In this document: one piece after another, positions 30,111 through 39,388 of the stretch
Numbering within the stretch: the stretch's first letter is position 1
How the letters are laid out: each line of letters opens with the position of its first letter
NCBI GenBank assembly: GCA_029548485.1
Contig: JAKPNH010000006.1
Location: 13,937 to 77,936, forward strand
Reading direction: 5' to 3'
DNA from: a bacterium
Lineage (GTDB): Bacteria > Patescibacteriota > Minisyncoccia > UBA6257 > Colwellbacteraceae
Length of the DNA: 64,000 bases
The notes under the pieces: generated by a model
What the model saw: only the letters and a program-made list of their open reading frames with translations
Databases searched by the model: none
Told to the model about the DNA's origin: nothing
Made by a program: the position numbers and the translations under genes

Positions 30111-30181
30111 CGGGCTGTAGTATACCGGTAGTACGTGCGCTTCGGGTGCGTAAAGACCGAGTTCGATTCTCGGCAGCCCGA
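30111..30181 (+). tRNA. tRNA-Pro(CGG)
   Basis: TGCGC-TTCGGGT-GCGTA. Confidence 0.92.
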
Positions 30182-30257
30182 CAATAAATGATCTGGGACG
30201 CGGTTCATCCACAATTTCTTTTCGACAAGGCAAGAATGGAATATAATAATAAGCACT

Positions 30258-31178
30258 ATGCCAAGGAAGCCTAAAAAAGAAGACAAAAAAGAAGGCGGAT
30301 TGAATGTCCGCGTAATCAAAGGCGAGTCCGAAGACGAAAAGATCGAAGAACCGGCTGTTTCCGCCGAGGAAACGGTCCTGTTCCTCAAAAAACACGCTGT
30401 CAGCGCTTGCCCCGAACCGGAAACGAACGATAAGCCGGAGGATGGCTATGAAGATTGGGAAGACGACGAGCCAGGGAGCCGCAAGAAGAGAAAGCTGTCG
30501 ATAATGTTGAGGACCGTCGTTTTCCTTTTGATGGTCGCGGCCGTATGGTTCGGATTGAAACTGGCGAACAAAAGCGGATACAGCGCCTGCCTTTCGGACA
30601 ACGGAGTTAACGCCGGGAATTGCGGCGTCGCTTTGCAAAAACTGGAAGACGATTTGGTCATCGATAAAACGAGGCTGGCCGACGCCGGAAGCATCATCGC
30701 CGGACTCCAGAAATACAGCGTCGAAAAAAGAGCTTTGCCGGAAAACCTGTCCGGGCTTTTGTCCGGCGGATACATTCCCAAGGCTTACAGCGATCCCGAA
30801 TTCGACAAACCATATTTTTATAAGAAACAGAACAATACTTCTTACAGCTTTTGCGTTTATCTTTCTTCCGGAGCCTGGGGCGTGAATCCCGCCGGGTGTC
30901 CGAGCAAGGAAAGCTATTTGAGCGGAATCTCCGAAGAAGAGACGACGCCGACGCCGGAGACGAGGACCGTCACCGTCCAGGAAACGTCTATCGGCTGGCT
31001 GAACGTGCGGCAATCTCCGACTACGGATTCGACGATCATCACCAAGGCTTACGCCGGAGAACAATACCGGGTGCTCGAGGAAAAAGGAGATTGGCTCCGC
31101 ATTCCGCTTAAATCTTCGGTTCTCATAAACGGCGAACAGGTGATCGAGGGCTGGGTTTACAAGAGCTACGTCAAATAG
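30258..31178 (+). CDS. Membrane protein with pilin/GspG-like globular domain and C-terminal bacterial SH3 domain
   Basis: TM helix; LQKY..LPENLSGL..DP..Y.Y; WLNVRQSP..GDWLRI..EGWV. Confidence 0.7.
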   Translation: MPRKPKKEDKKEGGLNVRVIKGESEDEKIEEPAVSAEETVLFLKKHAVSACPEPETNDKPEDGYEDWEDDEPGSRKKRKLSIMLRTVVFLLMVAAVWFGLKLANKSGYSACLSDNGVNAGNCGVALQKLEDDLVIDKTRLADAGSIIAGLQKYSVEKRALPENLSGLLSGGYIPKAYSDPEFDKPYFYKKQNNTSYSFCVYLSSGAWGVNPAGCPSKESYLSGISEEETTPTPETRTVTVQETSIGWLNVRQSPTTDSTIITKAYAGEQYRVLEEKGDWLRIPLKSSVLINGEQVIEGWVYKSYVK

Positions 31179-31208
31179 AGCCGAATTTGTGTTATAATTC
31201 GTGAAAGG

Positions 31209-31583
31209 TTGAAAGCCGTCGCCGCGGACGACGCATGGGGTTCTTTATCTTTGTCCGCAGAGGCGGAAAAATATAAAAAAATGTCATTTATCGCCCTAAT
31301 CCATTTAACGGGATCTGTTCTCGGAGCGGTGATGGCTGTTTTCAATTATCGACAGAGCCGTACTTTGATCGGATCTTTTTTCCCAAAATACTACCAACTG
31401 ACAGTTCTGGCTTCGACTTTACTGGCCATCGGTTTCGCCGGAAAGTGTTTTGTTTTAGACAAGCCCGGAAGCGTCGCTGATGGCTTGGTGCAGTTTATCC
31501 TTTTGGCCGCCGCCGGCGTTTATGCTTCGGCGATCATCGTCTGGCCGAAAGAAGCCAATAGATATTTGAGCTGTAAGCTTTAA
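31209..31583 (+). CDS. Small membrane protein
   Basis: Three hydrophobic segments; start uncertain. Confidence 0.6.
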   Translation: MKAVAADDAWGSLSLSAEAEKYKKMSFIALIHLTGSVLGAVMAVFNYRQSRTLIGSFFPKYYQLTVLASTLLAIGFAGKCFVLDKPGSVADGLVQFILLAAAGVYASAIIVWPKEANRYLSCKL

Positions 31584-31648
31584 ACGCATCCTCGGAGCGC
31601 TTTATCGGAGCCTTGGTAAAAGGCGCGTTTTCGCCTAAACTTAAGCTT

Positions 31649-32653
31649 ATGAAGATTTCTTTTTTCGAGATCGAAGATTGGGAAGCGGAATATCTGAAAT
31701 CCAAGCTTCCCGGACACGAGCTTTTTTTCTCTCCGAAACGGATCGATAAAAACAATCTCGCGGAGGCCGGGGATTTCGACGCCGTTTCGGTTTTCACCGG
31801 CTCCAAAATCGACCAGCCGGTTATAGAGGCTCTGCCGAACTTGAAATTTATCGCCACCCGGACCACGGGATTCGACCATATCGATCTTGTCGCCACCGCG
31901 GGGAAAAACATCGTCGTCAGTAATGTCCCTTCATACGGGGAAAATACGGTCGCCGAGCACGCCTTCGCGCTTCTGCTTTCCATTTCGAGGAAGATTTTCC
32001 AGTCCTTCGACCGCATCAAGGAAACCGGATCGTTCAATCAGGAAGGGCTCCAAGGATTTGATCTGAAAGGCAAGGTTATCGGCGTTATCGGTGTCGGCCG
32101 CATCGGAGAATACGCGATCCGCATCGCCAAGGGGTTCGGAATGGAGGTTATCGCTTACGACGCTTTCCCCAAAGCCGGTTTGGAGGCGGAACTAGGGTTC
32201 AAATACGTGACTTTCGAGGAACTTTTGAAGAATTCGGACGTGATCACCTTGCATGTGCCGCTTTTGCCGGAGACGACGCATATGATCAACAAAGAAACTT
32301 TGAAGCTCGTTAAGAAAGACTGCGTTTTGATCAATACCGCGAGGGGAGCGGTCGTCGATACGACCGCCTTGATCGAAGCTTTGCATGAAGGCCGGCTCGG
32401 CGGCGCCGGGCTCGATGTCTTGGAAGAAGAAGTGCCGACCCAGGACGAAAGGCAGTTTTTGCTTTACGGACGTCCGGAAGAGCACGATTTGAAAAAAATC
32501 CTGGAGAACCACGTTTTGATCGACATGGAAAACGTCGTCATCACGCCGCACAACGCCTTCAACACCAAAGAGGCGCTCAAGAGGATTCTCGATACGACCG
32601 CGGATAATATCGAAAAATTCGTCGCCGGAGCCCCGCAGAATCTGGTGAAATAA
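31649..32653 (+). CDS. D-isomer 2-hydroxyacid (D-lactate-like) dehydrogenase
   Basis: GFDHID, GVGRIG, LINTARG, TPHNAF. Confidence 0.93.
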   Translation: MKISFFEIEDWEAEYLKSKLPGHELFFSPKRIDKNNLAEAGDFDAVSVFTGSKIDQPVIEALPNLKFIATRTTGFDHIDLVATAGKNIVVSNVPSYGENTVAEHAFALLLSISRKIFQSFDRIKETGSFNQEGLQGFDLKGKVIGVIGVGRIGEYAIRIAKGFGMEVIAYDAFPKAGLEAELGFKYVTFEELLKNSDVITLHVPLLPETTHMINKETLKLVKKDCVLINTARGAVVDTTALIEALHEGRLGGAGLDVLEEEVPTQDERQFLLYGRPEEHDLKKILENHVLIDMENVVITPHNAFNTKEALKRILDTTADNIEKFVAGAPQNLVK

Positions 32654-32660
32654 TTCGGCC

Positions 32661-33227
32661 ATGGATTACAAGGAGGCGGGGATAAAACTCCTTCGGGAGA
32701 ACATCAAAAACGAGAATCTCGTCAAGCACAATCTGGCGGCCGGAGCTTTGATGAAGAGCCTCGCGGATTATTTCGGTGAGTCCGACCAAAAAGATCTTTG
32801 GGAGCTTGCCGGATTGCTCCACGATATCGATTGGGAGAAAACGAGCGAGCGGCCGGAAGAGCACGGTAAAGTCGGTGAAGCGATTATCCGCGAAGCCGGA
32901 TTGCCGGAAGAAGTCGCCTTGGCCGTCCGCCGGCACAATTTCATGTCCGGAGTGGAAGCGCCGGAAACTTTGATGGAAAAAGCGCTTTACTATTGCGAAG
33001 AGATTACCGGCCTCGTGGTCGCCGCCGCTTTGGTCTTGCCGAGCAGAAAACTCATGGACGTCACTCCGGAAACGGTTCTGAAAAGATTCAAGGAAAAGGC
33101 TTTCGCCCGCGGCGTGAACCGGGAATTGCTGCTCGAGGCGCCGAAGCACCTTGAAATCACTTTGGAGAAAATGGCAGAATTGGCCGTGCGGTCGATGCAG
33201 AATATCCACGAAGAATTGGGATTGTAG
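32661..33227 (+). CDS. HDIG/HD-domain phosphohydrolase
   Basis: GLLHDIDWE, EEHG, KRFKEKAFARGVNRE. Confidence 0.88.
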   Translation: MDYKEAGIKLLRENIKNENLVKHNLAAGALMKSLADYFGESDQKDLWELAGLLHDIDWEKTSERPEEHGKVGEAIIREAGLPEEVALAVRRHNFMSGVEAPETLMEKALYYCEEITGLVVAAALVLPSRKLMDVTPETVLKRFKEKAFARGVNRELLLEAPKHLEITLEKMAELAVRSMQNIHEELGL

Positions 33228-33229
33228 CC

Positions 33230-33436
33230 ATGGGAATATTCGATCAGATGAAGGCGGCGCAGGAAATGATGAAAAACATGTCTCCGGACGATTTGCGGAA
33301 CATGATGAAACAGGCCGAAGACAGCAAGAAGATGCTCGAAGAAATGGTGAAGAAGGCGGTTGAAGAGGAAATTGTGAAGAGGGATTTGATTTCCCGGAGC
33401 GAAGCCGAAAAACTCCTCCGGGGTTTTGAAAAATAG
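33230..33436 (+). CDS. Small helical hypothetical protein
   Basis: Met-rich 68-aa ORF, co-oriented with the upstream operon. Confidence 0.7.
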   Translation: MGIFDQMKAAQEMMKNMSPDDLRNMMKQAEDSKKMLEEMVKKAVEEEIVKRDLISRSEAEKLLRGFEK

Positions 33437-33467
33437 CTTGAGGACTGCTAATCTGAATTGGCAGTTC

Positions 33468-33538
33468 GGGCCTATGGTCTAGTGGCAGAACACGGCATTC
33501 GCATTGCCGGGACGGCGGTTCGATTCCGCCTAGGTCCA
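33468..33538 (+). tRNA. tRNA-Ala(CGC)
   Basis: G3:U70; CGGCA-TTCGCAT-TGCCG. Confidence 0.93.
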
Positions 33539-33669
33539 CAGAATATTTTTTCGCGGCCGATGTTTTTATTGATAAATGATTCGGCTTCGTTCTTGACATT
33601 CACTCAAGAATATGTTCTCTTAAGAGAGTTTTAGAGAGCTCTTTTAAATCCGGAAAGGAGTGAAACTTC

Positions 33670-34323
33670 TTGAGTTTGGACTGGTGGATTGTCGTAACCG
33701 GACTTTTGTTTTGGTTACTCATCTCGCGGCTCAGCAGGCATCAGCCGGAACGCGCCGTAGAATGGCTGTCGGCCATTCTAACGAAAAGTCCTCACGATGG
33801 CGGGCCTTGGCTTTCGAGGCGTATCGGCCCCCTGGAATGGCAAGATTGGTGGCGAAGCATTGGGAAAATGGCACGGATTATCCGCGTCAAGTGTATCCCG
33901 GACAACGACGTGTTGTTGATCGGGGCTTTTCAGGCCACGGACAATGCCGCCGAAGTCGATATCTACCAGGAAGTATTCCGACATCGCCTGGGTCGCCCGG
34001 TCTTTCTTCCTCGCGTTTTCCGACGGGGACTGGAGACTACGGTTCAGGTCGATATAGCTTTCGGCGTCGCGTTACAAGAAGGAAAAGGAATCGTTTTCCT
34101 CGCGACCTGGCTGCATTACTTGAGGGTACTATGGATTATCCGTCGTCACCCGGATTCGAGAACAGTTCCATGGGAACTCTATGGAGCTTTCGGCATTCCA
34201 AGGCCGAAAGAAGCTATCACCGACGTCTTTCTGACGGTCGGATATCCGGTTCTTGACTTACTCGGTCTAAAACAATGGTTTGTAGACTTGACCGATGTTC
34301 GTCGAGCCCAGGGAAAGCACTAG
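33670..34323 (+). CDS. Orphan membrane-anchored protein, possibly divergent YdcF/DUF218
   Basis: AAAGGAG SD then TTG; ET..Q and IVFLATWLHYLRV. Confidence 0.55.
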   Translation: MSLDWWIVVTGLLFWLLISRLSRHQPERAVEWLSAILTKSPHDGGPWLSRRIGPLEWQDWWRSIGKMARIIRVKCIPDNDVLLIGAFQATDNAAEVDIYQEVFRHRLGRPVFLPRVFRRGLETTVQVDIAFGVALQEGKGIVFLATWLHYLRVLWIIRRHPDSRTVPWELYGAFGIPRPKEAITDVFLTVGYPVLDLLGLKQWFVDLTDVRRAQGKH

Positions 34324-34408
34324 CCGTCGAAGAATAAGGCCCCGATCGGTATATTACCGAAAGGGGCTTTTTTGTTTCCAGTCTTTGTTTTTGTGCTAAA
34401 GTATTCTT

Positions 34409-35434
34409 ATGAATCTGGTCGAAATAACGTCGGAAAAAGAATTCGATCCGCTGGCCGTGAATCAAGGCGCGCCTTTTACTCAGAGCTGGTTTTACGGGGA
34501 TTGGCGGGCCGAAGAGAAAAGGGAAGTGAGGCGTTTTTTGATCGAAGACGGAGGCGAAGCTGCGGGCAGCATCCAGGCGATCCGTTATCCGCTTACTTTC
34601 AACAAAAGCTACATATATATACCTTACGGTCCGGTATTGAAGAATAACCTGACGGAAAAAACCGCTTCTTTTTTAAAAAAATCCCTGAAAGAAGTTTTCA
34701 ACGACGGAAAAACGGTTTTTATCCGTTTGGATTTCTGGCCGGCGATAAAAGACCGTTTGGAAAAAACCGCCGGAAAGTTTTTTACAAAATCTCCCAGAAG
34801 CTCTTATCGCGGGTCGAATTTCCAGCCGCGGGCCGAACGGGTGATCGACCTGAAGCAGCCGGAAAACGAAATCTTTCTCGCTATGGAACCGAAGGCGAGG
34901 TACAACGCCAGGCTGGCCTTGAAAAAAGGCGTAATCGTCAAAACCATTACCAAGAATTTTCTGGATTATTTCGAGGATTTTTATTCTTTGATGACGGAAA
35001 CCGCCAGCCGGGACGGCTTCAGCCTTCATCCCCGGAGCTATTACGAAGAAATCTTCAACAGCTTAGAAAAGCGTAAGAATGCTTTTTTGGCCCTGGCGTT
35101 TTACGGAGACACGCTCCTCGTGGCGAACCTCGTCGTTCTTTACGGAGAAACCGCTTTTTTTCTTTTTGGGTCTTCTTCGTCCGAACACCGCGAGCTGATG
35201 CCTTCTTATCTCTGCCAGTGGCAAAGCATGAGAAAGGCGAAAGAGTTCGGGTTTTCCTATTACAGCTTCGGCGGAATAAGCCATAAAGGATTGAACAGAA
35301 GCTGGGAAGGGATCTCCGTTTATAAAAAGAAGTTCGGCGGGTTTATCAAGGAATACTCTCCTTTTTACGATCTGGCCATCCAGCCGTTTTGGTATTATCT
35401 TTATATCCTGAAGAAAGTTTTTTCCGGCCGATAA
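34409..35434 (+). CDS. FemABX family peptidoglycan bridge aminoacyltransferase
   Basis: FTQSW..G, YIPYGP, RYNARLA.KKGV, YKKKFGG. Confidence 0.9.
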   Translation: MNLVEITSEKEFDPLAVNQGAPFTQSWFYGDWRAEEKREVRRFLIEDGGEAAGSIQAIRYPLTFNKSYIYIPYGPVLKNNLTEKTASFLKKSLKEVFNDGKTVFIRLDFWPAIKDRLEKTAGKFFTKSPRSSYRGSNFQPRAERVIDLKQPENEIFLAMEPKARYNARLALKKGVIVKTITKNFLDYFEDFYSLMTETASRDGFSLHPRSYYEEIFNSLEKRKNAFLALAFYGDTLLVANLVVLYGETAFFLFGSSSSEHRELMPSYLCQWQSMRKAKEFGFSYYSFGGISHKGLNRSWEGISVYKKKFGGFIKEYSPFYDLAIQPFWYYLYILKKVFSGR

Positions 35435-35437
35435 ACC

Positions 35438-36748
35438 ATGAAATCTTTTTTGAGAAAACTCACGCCGCAGCCGATACTCAAGGCTTATCATTATTCGATG
35501 GCCAAACTCGGCGCTTTGGTTTACGGATTTCCGTCGAGGAAAATGCTCATTATCGGCATCACCGGCACCAAGGGAAAAACTTCGACCGCCAATTTCATCT
35601 GGAGCCTCCTCAATTTTTCAGGCTGGAAGACCGGAATCGTCAGCACGGCCAATATCAGGATCGGAGACGAGGAATATCCGAACGCCTACCATATGACCAT
35701 GCCGGGAAGATTCGAGATCCAGAAGTGGCTGAAAAAAATGCTCGACGCCGGCTGCCGGGCGGCGATTGTCGAGACCACCTCCGAAGGGATCAACCAGTAT
35801 CGGCACAAGGGCATCGAATACGATTTTCTGGTTTTCACCAATTTGACTCCGGAACATTTGCCTTCGCACGGCGGCAGCTTCGAAAAATACAAGGAAACCA
35901 AGGGCAGAATTTTCGCCGATCTTGAGAAAACCAGGAGAAAAACCCTCCAGGGCAGAGCCATTAAAAAAATCTTTGTCGTCAATGGCGACAGCGAACACAA
36001 AGATTATTTTTTGGGTTTTAAGGCGGACAAAAAAATCACTTTCGGAATCAGGGAAAAAGCGGATTACCGGGCGGAAAACATCAAGACTTTGAACGAAGAA
36101 ACGAGCTTCGATCTCGGATCCGATCATTACGCCGTTTCCATCCCGGGAAATTTCAACGTCTATAACGCCTTGCCCGGAATTATTATCGCCAAAGGACTCG
36201 GCATTCCGGCCGCGGACATAGCCGCCGGATTGAAACGGCTGAAAACCATTCCCGGCCGGATGGAAAAGATCGACGAAGGCCAGGATTTCGCGGTTTTCGT
36301 CGATTACGCCCATGAGAAAGAAAGCCTGACCGCGGTTTTGGAAACGGCCGAATCCATGTCCCCGAACCGCATCATTATTCTCCTCGGAGCCGAAGGCGGG
36401 GGCCGGGACAAATCCAAACGGCCGGTGATGGGAAAGTTGGCCGGAGAAAAAGCGGATTATGTGATCATCTCGAACGTCGACCCTTACGAGGACGAGCCCG
36501 GACCGATCATCGAAGATATCGCCAAGGCGGCCGAAGAAGCGGGTAAGACCAAAGATAAGAATCTTTTCCTGATCGAAGACCGCCGGACGGGCATCCGGAA
36601 GGCGCTTTCTCTTGCGGAAAAAGGAGATGTGGTTTTGATCACCGGCAAAGGAGCGGAACAGTCGATCATCATCGGCGGCAAAAAACGCTCCTGGGACGAC
36701 AGAAAGGTCGTCAGAGAAGAATTGAAAAAGATTTTAAATAAAAATTAA
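35438..36748 (+). CDS. murE: UDP-MurNAc-tripeptide synthetase
   Basis: ITGTKGKTST, FTNLTPEHL, PGRME, VDYAH, GGGRD. Confidence 0.9.
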   Translation: MKSFLRKLTPQPILKAYHYSMAKLGALVYGFPSRKMLIIGITGTKGKTSTANFIWSLLNFSGWKTGIVSTANIRIGDEEYPNAYHMTMPGRFEIQKWLKKMLDAGCRAAIVETTSEGINQYRHKGIEYDFLVFTNLTPEHLPSHGGSFEKYKETKGRIFADLEKTRRKTLQGRAIKKIFVVNGDSEHKDYFLGFKADKKITFGIREKADYRAENIKTLNEETSFDLGSDHYAVSIPGNFNVYNALPGIIIAKGLGIPAADIAAGLKRLKTIPGRMEKIDEGQDFAVFVDYAHEKESLTAVLETAESMSPNRIIILLGAEGGGRDKSKRPVMGKLAGEKADYVIISNVDPYEDEPGPIIEDIAKAAEEAGKTKDKNLFLIEDRRTGIRKALSLAEKGDVVLITGKGAEQSIIIGGKKRSWDDRKVVREELKKILNKN

Positions 36749-36750
36749 AC

Positions 36751-37857
36751 ATGAATAAAATCAAAAAAATATTGTTCGTTATTCTGCTCATAGGAATTTT
36801 TTGGTGGATTCTTTACGACTGGAGCGATTGGAAAATAGAAATGAACCAGGAACAGGTTTTGTCGGACGAGAAAAATTATTCGGAACCGATCGGCGGAGAG
36901 ACAGCAAGTCCGGCTATCGACCCTCGGACCCTTGTCTGGAAAAAAGCTTCTTCAAACGCTCCCTGGGCGCCGAGGGATTCGCAGGGAGGGATCGTCTTTG
37001 ACGGGAAAATGTGGATCTTCGGAGGGCTTCGCGGATTTCCCGAAGCCGAAAACAATTACGGCGTGGCGTCGCACTTCAACGACATCTGGAGTTCGGAAGA
37101 CGGCGTAAACTGGACTCTCGAAAAAGAACACGCCGCCTGGTCTCCGCGAAGATCGATGTCCGTCGAATATTTCAAAGGCAAGCTTTGGATGTTCGGCGGT
37201 TGGAGCACGACCACCGGATACCGCACCGGCGTCTGGGTCTCGGATGACGCCATCAATTGGAAACAGGTTCTGAAAGACGCGCCTTGGGGCGGACGCGAAG
37301 GCCAGACCTCGGCCGTGTTCCAGGGGAAGCTCTGGATGTTCGGCGGATTGAGTTTCGGCGCCAGGCTCGGGGACCAGAATCTCAAAAACGACGTGTGGAA
37401 TTCCGAAGACGGCATCCATTGGAACCTGGTGAACGAGAATGCCGGATGGGCTCCGCGCTACGATCAGGGCGCAACGGTCTTCCAAGACAAGCTCTGGGTG
37501 GCCGGAGGCGTGAGCCACGGCGAGGCCATGAACGATGTCTGGAGTTCGAGCGACGGAATAAACTGGGTTTTGGAAAACGGGAACGCTCCCTGGGAGAAAA
37601 GGCACGGCGTGCCTTTGGTGAATTACAAGAATCGCTTGTGGATTGTAAGCGGCTGGGGAAGCGTGAACGATAAGGGAACGCAAGACGCCTGGTACTCGGA
37701 AAACGGGAAAGATTGGCAAAAAGCCGGAGATTTGGAATGGCCCGGCCGGGAAGACCACGAGGTGATGGTTTTCCAAGACAAGCTTTGGGTGATGGCGGGC
37801 ATGGGGCCTTTCTGGGTTTGGAACAGCGATGTCTGGTATTCGGACTTCGGAAGATAG
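36751..37857 (+). CDS. Membrane-anchored kelch-like beta-propeller protein
   Basis: About six repeats of APW..R...VF..KLW..GG...NDVW.S.DG..W. Confidence 0.85.
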   Translation: MNKIKKILFVILLIGIFWWILYDWSDWKIEMNQEQVLSDEKNYSEPIGGETASPAIDPRTLVWKKASSNAPWAPRDSQGGIVFDGKMWIFGGLRGFPEAENNYGVASHFNDIWSSEDGVNWTLEKEHAAWSPRRSMSVEYFKGKLWMFGGWSTTTGYRTGVWVSDDAINWKQVLKDAPWGGREGQTSAVFQGKLWMFGGLSFGARLGDQNLKNDVWNSEDGIHWNLVNENAGWAPRYDQGATVFQDKLWVAGGVSHGEAMNDVWSSSDGINWVLENGNAPWEKRHGVPLVNYKNRLWIVSGWGSVNDKGTQDAWYSENGKDWQKAGDLEWPGREDHEVMVFQDKLWVMAGMGPFWVWNSDVWYSDFGR

Positions 37858-37877
37858 CATTCGGCTATAATGAATGT

Positions 37878-38420
37878 ATGCCCCGGATAGAATGCGAGAT
37901 ACGCAGTTTTATCGACAAACCGAAATACGAAGAGCTGATCCAAAGGCTTAAAAAAGAAGCGGAGTTTTTGGGCGAGCGGGACGAGGTCACTTATTACCTC
38001 GACGTGCCGCAAGACTTGCGGATCCAGCGGAACGACGATTACGCCAAGATTTGGCTTAAAAAGGGTAAGCTTCACGACGAGGCGAGAGAGGAAATCGAGA
38101 TCCGTTTTTTCAAAGACGATTTCGGGAAAATGGAGAATATGTTGTCCGTCATCGGCATCAATCCGGAAATAAAATGGTTCCGCAAACGGAACGAGTTCTC
38201 ATGGAAGGGAATCCGCGTTTTCGTCGATCATACCAAAGGATACGGATACATTTTGGAATTCGAGCGGATCGTCTCTCCCGAAAAGCAGGAAGCCGCGATT
38301 TCGGATTTGAGAAACAAAATGGCCGAACTCGGCGTGGAAGAGACGCCGAAAGAGGTTTTCGACAAGGCGTTCCGGGATTACAAGGAGTCCTGGCCTTCGC
38401 TTGTGGAGAAAGAACAATAG
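37878..38420 (+). CDS. CYTH domain protein
   Basis: IECEIR, LRIQR, REEIE, GYILEFE. Confidence 0.85.
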   Translation: MPRIECEIRSFIDKPKYEELIQRLKKEAEFLGERDEVTYYLDVPQDLRIQRNDDYAKIWLKKGKLHDEAREEIEIRFFKDDFGKMENMLSVIGINPEIKWFRKRNEFSWKGIRVFVDHTKGYGYILEFERIVSPEKQEAAISDLRNKMAELGVEETPKEVFDKAFRDYKESWPSLVEKEQ

Positions 38421-38497
38421 TCCGGACGGACGTTCTTTGATATACTGAATGAGTACACAGCAAAGGTCGATTCACTTTAAATTAAAGACAAATATAA

Positions 38498-39184
38498 ATG
38501 ACTGTTTTAAATTGGTTGGAGCCATTCGGATGGGCGATCCAGAGATTCTGGTATGAATATCTGTCGCAGCCGTTTATGACTTTGCTCGGTGCGGCGGTCC
38601 TGTTCATCATCGGACTTTTCATCGCGCGCCTTATCGAAAGGTTGGTCGCCCAGGCGGTCAGAGCCTTGAGAATAGATTCGCTTTTGAAGAAAGCCGGAAT
38701 CGAGCCGTATCTCGATCGGGCGAACATCAAACTCGACAGCGGAAAGTTCTTCGGAAAGCTCATCTATTGGTTCATCGTCGGCGCTTTGCTTTTGGTGATC
38801 GCCGACAAGTTCGGCCTTCCGGTGGTGTCGCAATTCATCAGCACCATTTTGAGCCAGGCGACCAGTTTCGTCGGCGCCATCGTCATATTGGTGCTCGCGG
38901 TCATCGTGGCGAATTTCGTCCGGAGCGTCATCCGGGCGGCGGCCATGGGCGCGAAAATGCAGTCGGCGAAACTCATCAGCGTTTTGAGCTGGTGGATCAT
39001 CGTCTACTTCGGCTTGGAGAACGCCTTGAGCAAATTGGGCATCGATATCAGCTTGCTCAAGAATCTGATCTACATTCTCGGAGTGGGACTGAGCTTCGCG
39101 GTCGCCATCGCTTTCGGCATGGCCGGCAAGGATTACGCCAATTCTTTGATCGAGAAATGGCGGGATCAGGTGGACAGGGATTAA
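38498..39184 (+). CDS. TM-helix repeat (MscS-associated type) membrane protein
   Basis: Repeated TM units; AVAIAFGMAGKDYA. Confidence 0.8.
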   Translation: MTVLNWLEPFGWAIQRFWYEYLSQPFMTLLGAAVLFIIGLFIARLIERLVAQAVRALRIDSLLKKAGIEPYLDRANIKLDSGKFFGKLIYWFIVGALLLVIADKFGLPVVSQFISTILSQATSFVGAIVILVLAVIVANFVRSVIRAAAMGAKMQSAKLISVLSWWIIVYFGLENALSKLGIDISLLKNLIYILGVGLSFAVAIAFGMAGKDYANSLIEKWRDQVDRD

Positions 39185-39265
39185 TCCCCGAAAAAGCTTG
39201 ATTTTGAAGGAAAACAGCCCCGCAAGCGCGGGGCTGTTCCTGTTCTCGGCGGGCCAGGCCGGGGG

Positions 39266-39295
39266 TTGACACGGCCAAAGGCCTGCCTGTATAAT
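39266..39295 (+). promoter_or_regulatory. Promoter of the 23S-5S unit
   Basis: TTGACA-N18-TATAAT after the upstream gene's terminator. Confidence 0.8.
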
Positions 39296-39304
39296 TCCTC
39301 TCAG

Positions 39305-39343
39305 ATGATGATGCGAAAGATTCACATAAAACGCGGCTCATGA
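39305..39343 (+). CDS. Leader peptide uORF MMMRKIHIKRGS
   Basis: Triple ATG 9 nt after TATAAT; stop lies in the arm of a hairpin competing with the terminator. Confidence 0.55.
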   Translation: MMMRKIHIKRGS

Positions 39344-39367
39344 AGTCTTAGTTTTGGTGACTGAATG

Positions 39368-39388
39368 AACCGCGAAAGCGGTTTTTTT
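39368..39388 (+). terminator. Intrinsic terminator inside the rRNA leader (attenuator)
   Basis: AACCGC-GAAA-GCGG followed by seven T. Confidence 0.75.

Noticed and set aside
30205-30213. TCATCCACA, DnaA-box-like
   Set aside because: Single mismatched copy, no cluster and no dnaA in the window
33660-34256. 198-aa overlapping alternative frame
   Set aside because: Its GTG overlaps the SD and the product is Arg/Ser-rich and featureless; the 33670 frame has proper spacing and a TM helix
36940-37850. Periodic repeats of about 150 nt
   Set aside because: Coding kelch-like repeats, not a CRISPR array or DGR
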